A stretch of 56,291 nt of DNA, counting the filler, from Sphacelaria rigidula (Eukaryota): the NCBI GenBank assembly GCA_964200075.2. It is 7 parts of 7 records of this genome, joined end to end, with 100 filler letters (N's around TTAATTAATTAA, not from the genome) between each part and the next. Parts side by side here need not be neighbours in the genome. Positions count along the whole stretch, not along the records: positions 48,337 to 56,291 come from CAXNAA020012848.1; 6 more parts are not named here. One strand, given 5' to 3'. Every line of letters starts with the position of its first letter. Position 1 is the first letter of the stretch. Positions 50,599 to 56,291 of this stretch are shown here, piece after piece. The position numbers and the translations under genes were made by a program. The notes under the pieces were generated by a model. The model had not been told where the DNA came from and made no database searches. It saw only the letters and a list, made by a program, of their open reading frames with translations.

Positions 50599-52890
50599 AG
50601 CTGGATCCCCGGGTCTCCTATCACCTGTTCATGCCACGGGACATCGGGACGCAACGCAATCAAATTGGTGGTGACAAACTGTCGCGGCCACCTCGAAATA
50701 CCATCTGCTATATTGTTTAGTACACCGGGGACATGTTTGCGTCGAAATACCATCCACTGGCCATTGCAAGAACCCCTAAATAAGGCATCAACGCCCCTGC
50801 CCGCGGCTCTTTACCCCCCCGGCACTTTTTAATCCATTGCACAAGCAGATTTATTGTCCCCACGCAAAATGACGCAATCTTTGATACCGCCCGGTTTTTC
50901 TTGAAGGAGAACCACCATCATCCACGCAGACATGACCATTTCCAGCAATTCAAGCACATTCATGGAAATATCATTCTCGTGATGGATTTTGTGACCGCGA
51001 ATTCGGTTCCGCTGGTCTGGTGTCAGATCATACCGCCACCACGTACCAGTTTCTGAACAAAAACCACCAATAGCCAATGCGGATGCATCTCAGAACCACG
51101 AGCGCGCTGGGCGCCGCTCCAATAGGTGGTATGCATGGTCAAACATTTGACCTCCGAGGAGGGATAGACCGTCCGAGGCGAGCCAACTCCAAAAGTCCAT
51201 ATCCCCGTGAAATTCCGCACCGAGTCTGACTCGCCGGTTGCGGTCTGCTGAACGCACGGCAAATTTCGTCATTGCTACCCCGGCCTTATGTACTGTGGAC
51301 AAGTTCACCGATTGCAATAGTCGCCATACAAAGAACTGTCCTGGACGAATCACGAATGACATATGCAATAAAAAACCCGTGAAGGATTCTATTTCTCGTA
51401 CGGTGGCGTATTTCCGCAATGGCGGCCAGTTCGCAACTAGTACCTGCAATTCGCGTACTTTCTTTCCGGACATCGAAATCGTCAATGCCTCAGTATCCAA
51501 AACCCATCCCAGCACTTCCATACTGGTGTCCCAGTTAGACATCTTGTGGGCCGATAGCAACGGGGGGTCTTGATCACCCCGTTCCCCCAACAAACGAAAA
51601 TGGTCGGACGCCGGGGACTGGGTCGCACGCAAACGTCGACGAAAATGTAACCACTGGACGATATCTACAAGTATTGCGACATCTGCGTAGTATCGTACAA
51701 AAAATGGGTCTGCAATACGTCCGCCGGCGCCCGCGAGTGGGTCACAGTCGGCAGGTACATGCACAATGGGCCGATTACGTGGCGCCGCCACTGTGATCCC
51801 CGCTGACGCCGCCCGCCCGGCTTCCGATATGCGAGCGCCGCGGAAAGTAGTGCGGTTATGTGAGTATTCCAATGCGGAGGCCATTCATGCCCAGAAACTG
51901 GCACTGCTCCGCCATCCAAATTGCAACCGCAGATCAGAGACCACTACGTCATCCACAGTAAAACAGAAAACATGCGCATCCGTAGGATTTATAGGTACCT
52001 GCCGATAGGCCTCAATCACATCCATTTGACTGAGTACGATACGCGCGGCTGCACCCTGTGATTGGCGCAGATGCGAAATGCGTAACATCATCTCCTTCAG
52101 TACGAGACCCAGTGCGACTGGCGGCGCAGATTCAAAATCCGTGTCCGCGTTAAAGCTTGTGTTTCCATCAGGGTCGTTGCGGGGAAAGAAAAGATGGATA
52201 ATCCGGAATTTGTCTTCTGCGACTCCCACAGGGGAGACCCGTAATTTTTCAATTTCGCGGGCTCGACTTTTGTCGAAAACAATTGCCCTGCCGGTCTTCA
52301 CATTTGTTATCACTTTCGATCGCAGCTGTTGAGCATAGGGGATAGTGCCGCGGTGGTTGCCATATCCCAACCCAAAAAGTCCATCGCCGACCTCGTTAAC
52401 ATTCACCTTAGCCCCTGGTTTCAACGTGCCCAGTAAACGCTCGATTCGGGGATATTTCTTGAGTCCCTCAAACCAGTGTGACACGGCTGACATCTATATG
52501 CGGTGCAAATTGGAAAACCCAATGGTATTTACCAAATCACCAATATTTCCCCCCGTTTTTGCCAAGAGTTCAGACCCCATACATGCTATCACCTACAATG
52601 GTTCTAAACCATACTGATCATCCTGCAGTCGACCAACTTGGTGCTTCCACTGTGCAATCAAATCAAGAATCTCAGCAGAAACTGCGTTATTCGCGGAATA
52701 GTCGTCTGGCAATGGGATAGTATTCGAACAACACACACCAGAGTTTTGTATCCCCAATGATCCTGGCACAAGCGGCTCGCGTTCGCTAAAAGTATGGTCT
52801 GCTGACGCAAACGCGTCTCGAGCTAGCTCCCTCAAGCCTCCTCGACGTATCTCCGTAACGCGTCGCCCCGTATCCGACACCGTTGGCCCC
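50490..52890 (-). pseudogene. Reverse transcriptase-RNase H of the Ngaro-like element
   Basis: RVSPVGV..KFRIIH, MDVIEAYRQVP, LQFGWRSS, YYADVAILV (YxDD lost) and EVLGWVLD. RNase H motifs DASALAIGG, MNVLEL, RGDNKSA and HVPGVLNNIADGISR. Internal stops. Confidence 0.92.
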
Positions 52891-53149
52891 ACCGATCCTC
52901 GGCGGAGCCCGCACCCCTATCCAGATGTCGGTGGTGCACTCCCACCGGTCGCTGCCGTTGGTCCTCCTCCACGGGCGGTACCCCGACCTCCGGGGGCCGT
53001 ACGTGCCGCGGACGTTTGGCTCGTGGTTCCCGCACCCCTACCCGCCTGTGCATCACGATCCTGATTACCGCCCCCTCGTCCACTATTACCGGCTCCGGCC
53101 CTCGCTGGTGCCGAACGACGGGCCCTCTCTGTCTTCACCTCGGCTCGGT

Positions 53150-54753
53150 CACGCCCCACACCTCCGACGTGGCGGTATTTACACTACTCCTCGGTGAGCC
53201 CGCATTTTCCGTCCAACCACTTGAAACAAGTGAGGTCCCGCTTTGCGACGGGTGTTGTCGCCGCCCGTTTTCGTGGACCAGTCCCACCGCCAGTCGGGGC
53301 ACTCCGTTTTCTGCGGTCTTGCTCGAAGTTCTCCTCCACCGACACATGTCCAGAATCGAGATAATGTTGTAGAGTCGGGAAGGTTGGGATTGGCATCATC
53401 GGGATTCTTGCTGCTGATGGCAGGGGCGACTCGTGTTGAGCCAGGAAGAAATGTGTCCCGTTGGTCATGGTCTCTGTCCATCCCCGCAGACCCGTGTTGA
53501 TCATTTCTTGGAACATTGCAGATTTTTCCTCAACCAGCACAGCGCGGGTCATCGTGTACATGCGAAATGTCTGCAATACCTTGTCAAACGCCGATTCCAG
53601 CTGGGATATACGCTAGTTGCATGTAGCCGACTCTCCGTCAGCCTGAGGGTGGCTAGCCTCAAGGCCGGCACGTGACAGTTTTGCTATTCCGTGCTTCACC
53701 AGCGCCAGGCGGTCGACGATCGAGAGAGACGTTGACGAGTAATATCGGCTACGCAGACCAAAACCCATCACGTTGAACCCACCCATTTCCGACAGGGCGG
53801 TGAAGACGTTGATAGTGACGAGAAGGATGTCGCCCATAAGGCCCTGCAGTTCGCTCTTCGTCAGTGTGTGTGGCATTCTCCCGCGCAACGCCCAGATCAC
53901 CCGCGTTTGTGTTTTCTTCCAAGCGTCCACTCTTGTCTTGTGCTGAGCTTTTCTCTGGAGGCGTAATTCCTCCGTATTTTTACCCTTGAAACCCGAGTGT
54001 GGATGACCAGCAGCCGAGTACGGAGATGATGATGATGATGCCAGTAGCCCGGTCGCGAATGCGGGCTGGTGACGTCTACCTCCGACGAAGGATCCCGCGG
54101 CTCCGGCGAAGGCAGGTGGCATGGTGAAAGGGCTGTGTGTTGGCCGCCGTTCTGGCGATGGAAACTGTTGCACGAAAGGGTTGTTTTGTTGCCAGGCACG
54201 ACACTTTCTACGATAGCCCCCCCCCCAAACCACCCCAAAAGTGTCACGAAAAAAATGGCGATATAGCGCTTGATGTTTGAGTCCAGGCTGCATGAAGCGC
54301 CTCATATTGGCAACATTGACGAGAATGAACCCAAGCGTGGGAATTCCCAGTTGCTTGTTGTGCTCGGCTTTTCCCATTTCGATATACGTGAAGATTTTGC
54401 CTCCCAAAACCATGCACTTTTCCGGGGGGCGCTATCGTAGAAAGTGTCGCAGCCGACGACGATTGCGGCGGCGCAGCGGTGTGACGGTTGGGGGGGGGCG
54501 TCCTTCAATCCGGACAGCTGTTCGAGGACATGGGCGAAAGATCTTCGGTTTTCGTTGCGCAAATTGGACCTCGCTTGATCTTCTCGCCCCGCATGGTGCG
54601 CATTTCGCGGCTGAGCTCCTCTACTTGCCGCCTGGCGACTGTATCCGCAGCAGGTTCGACTTCCTCTTGTTCTCGGTCGTACTCTTCTTGGTCCGCGATG
54701 TCATCAAAGGCACCGGCGCCGCCGGTGCTCAGAGCGTCAGTCTGTTCTGTCAT
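53150..54753 (-). pseudogene. gag-like ORF1 of the Ngaro-like element, interrupted by a MITE
   Basis: Acidic/coiled-coil N-terminus from ATG 54753. C-terminal CFKWLDGKCGLTEE*CKYRH CCCH finger. Stops and frameshifts. Confidence 0.7.
54200..54448. mobile_element. GACACTTTCTACGATAGC-TIR MITE nested in the Ngaro gag
   Basis: Perfect 18-bp TIRs, flanks GCAC/GCAG, homologous to 36107-36357. Confidence 0.9.
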
Positions 54754-55672
54754 AGTACGAAGACTGCTCCCGGTACAAAGTACAGTATAAACGTAGACAA
54801 ACGATGCCTGCTCACAGTCACGTCCCAGTACAAAGTACAGTATTACCTTAGACGAACGATGCGACCTCTCTCTGACTGCTCACAGCGCAAGGTATGTGTT
54901 CCAGGTGTACCACCTTCAACACTCGTACTGCCTGCAATCGAACAGTAAGATGGCTGGATGCTCAGGCCACCGTTCTGCACGCCTGCTACTACGTCTGCCT
55001 ACCACTCTCTCAGCGTGTTAAATGACAATCGCTTCGATGTTCGGCATCGGCTATACAGACGTCTCGAGCCCTGATCCATCCTGTTTTCTGTTCGGTACTC
55101 GTCATTAGACATAAACATAACATGATTCATGTGTGATTCAATTTAATTCAATGATGCGACTGGAAATTCTTTCGCTCCCACAAAACACATCTTCCCTTGA
55201 TTGGTAATATTTCGCTTCTCGCTCTTGCGGTCGTGTATCCGAAAACTGGCCAGACCGAGAGAATCACCTCCAGTACGTTGACTAGGGTCAACCATCTGTG
55301 GGGCGCGCCGTTGACGAGCTTTACCTTTCCCCCTACGTCCCCCTTCTGCATACACACCACAGTACAAAGGCAAACACGGCACCCAGCAAACAACGTCAGT
55401 CAAGCAATGACGTCGAACAGGCAGGATGAACACGAAGGAAACGAACACTCCAACGCCTATGCTGCGAGTACGCTTTTGAACTGGGTTCCCGCATCGCAAG
55501 AACGCTGCGTGGCATGGTTCTCTGTTTTTGTTCGTCTTCAACTTGCGCTCGACCTGCCTTCTCTTCCATATTTCCCGGTATTTGTTTCATCAGCCTTCGT
55601 ATCGTCCTACTGAATCCGTAGTGGATCAGTACAGTGAGACAGTCGATCAAGCCAACCAGCCTACTTCCGTAC

Positions 55673-56020
55673 CATCAGCTCGTCGAACTTGTGCCTCATT
55701 TTCGCGGACTTTTTGAAGTGCTCGACGACGCTCTTTAGTCTCTTGATCTCCGCCCGGCATGCCTGGTTCTTTGATTTCGGCCGGATCAACGTGTGTTCCC
55801 TCTGCGTCCGCCAACGCACGATTGGCCATATGCGGCACGCACCATGCCCACTCGGCATCGAAGAGGACGTTCAGCATGCGTTGATATCGCTGCCGCTGTC
55901 TGATGTCGAGCTGTAGACGTCCTCGACCTTCAACCCGTGCTCTGCGAGCACGCACTCCGTCCACTTCAGCAGCACGTCAGAAGCCTTCAACTCCGTCAAG
56001 ATCGACGACGGATTGTATAC
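55673..56020 (-). mobile_element. hAT transposase fragment (frameshifted)
   Basis: VLAEHGLKVEDVYSSTSDSGSDI (second catalytic Asp region), WCVPHMANRAL (CxxH motif) and LKSVVEHFKKS. GT donor after ELM. Confidence 0.8.
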
Positions 56021-56291
56021 CTCCAACGGGTATGAAGAGAACGCCGCGGATGGGGACGGGGGTCCGTTGGCGAGTTCAACATAAATCCACGGCGCAACAC
56101 GGCCCATTCTGAAATTTTGAGGAGGAACCAAGGGTGCCCGAAAACACAAATCCCATACACTGTGCGCTTTTTTGGAATCCTAGATTTTTTCGGACGGGGG
56201 GGGGGGGGGGGACGTACTCATTTGTTGCTTGCCTTAGTCGTTTGACCATTTACCCCGCCTCCCTTTCCAGACGGGGCCCCCTTCCTACTCC

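Larger units (their letters stand above)
48780..55217 (-). mobile_element. Tyrosine-recombinase retrotransposon (DIRS order, Ngaro-like), near full length but inactivated
   Basis: Order gag-like (CCCH finger) > RT > RNase H > tyrosine recombinase, with ~285-bp direct repeats at 54934-55217 and 48780-49063. No methyltransferase domain was recognised. Confidence 0.9.

Noticed and set aside
49482..52890. RT plus tyrosine recombinase as a novel retron/DGR- or phage-like system
   Set aside because: The domain order and motifs fit the established DIRS/Ngaro retrotransposons.
54277..54948. 223-aa plus-strand ORF, and the similar ORF at 36267-36500
   Set aside because: They are antisense to the gag-like ORF and/or MITE-derived. 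The shared peptide merely reflects the MITE copy.

Overview
This window is not one locus. It is seven unrelated ~7.96-kb eukaryotic contigs (1-7957, 8058-16013, 16114-24069, 24170-32125, 32226-40181, 40282-48236, 48337-56291), sorted by decreasing length and joined by artificial N44-TTAATTAATTAA-N44 spacers, so nothing can be inferred across the gaps. The GT-AG exon/intron structure and the repeat content suggest a stramenopile, probably a brown alga (inference). Host genes: the 3' exons of a divergent PCID2/Thp1-like PCI-domain gene, three copies of a USP (C19) Cys-box exon (two of them forming a fold-back inverted repeat), a probable first exon carrying a targeting-like peptide directly followed by a family-A DNA polymerase thumb motif, and one orphan exon. 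Mobile DNA dominates: a nearly complete but dead Ngaro/DIRS-type tyrosine-recombinase retrotransposon, two Ty3/Gypsy integrase regions ending in a chromodomain plus an extra Tudor-like domain, a degenerate LINE, two tRNA-derived SINEs, TA-, TTAA- and 4-bp-TSD MITE families, a hAT transposase fragment and several ISL2EU/Harbinger-like relics. There is no CRISPR array, rRNA or intact tRNA. I found no clearly new multi-gene system. The best leads are the chromo plus Tudor-like integrase tail, the N-terminal PolA-thumb protein, the USP hairpin locus and a 16-nt motif conserved downstream of both Gypsy ORFs. All protein calls are by-eye motif recognition; no database searches were run.
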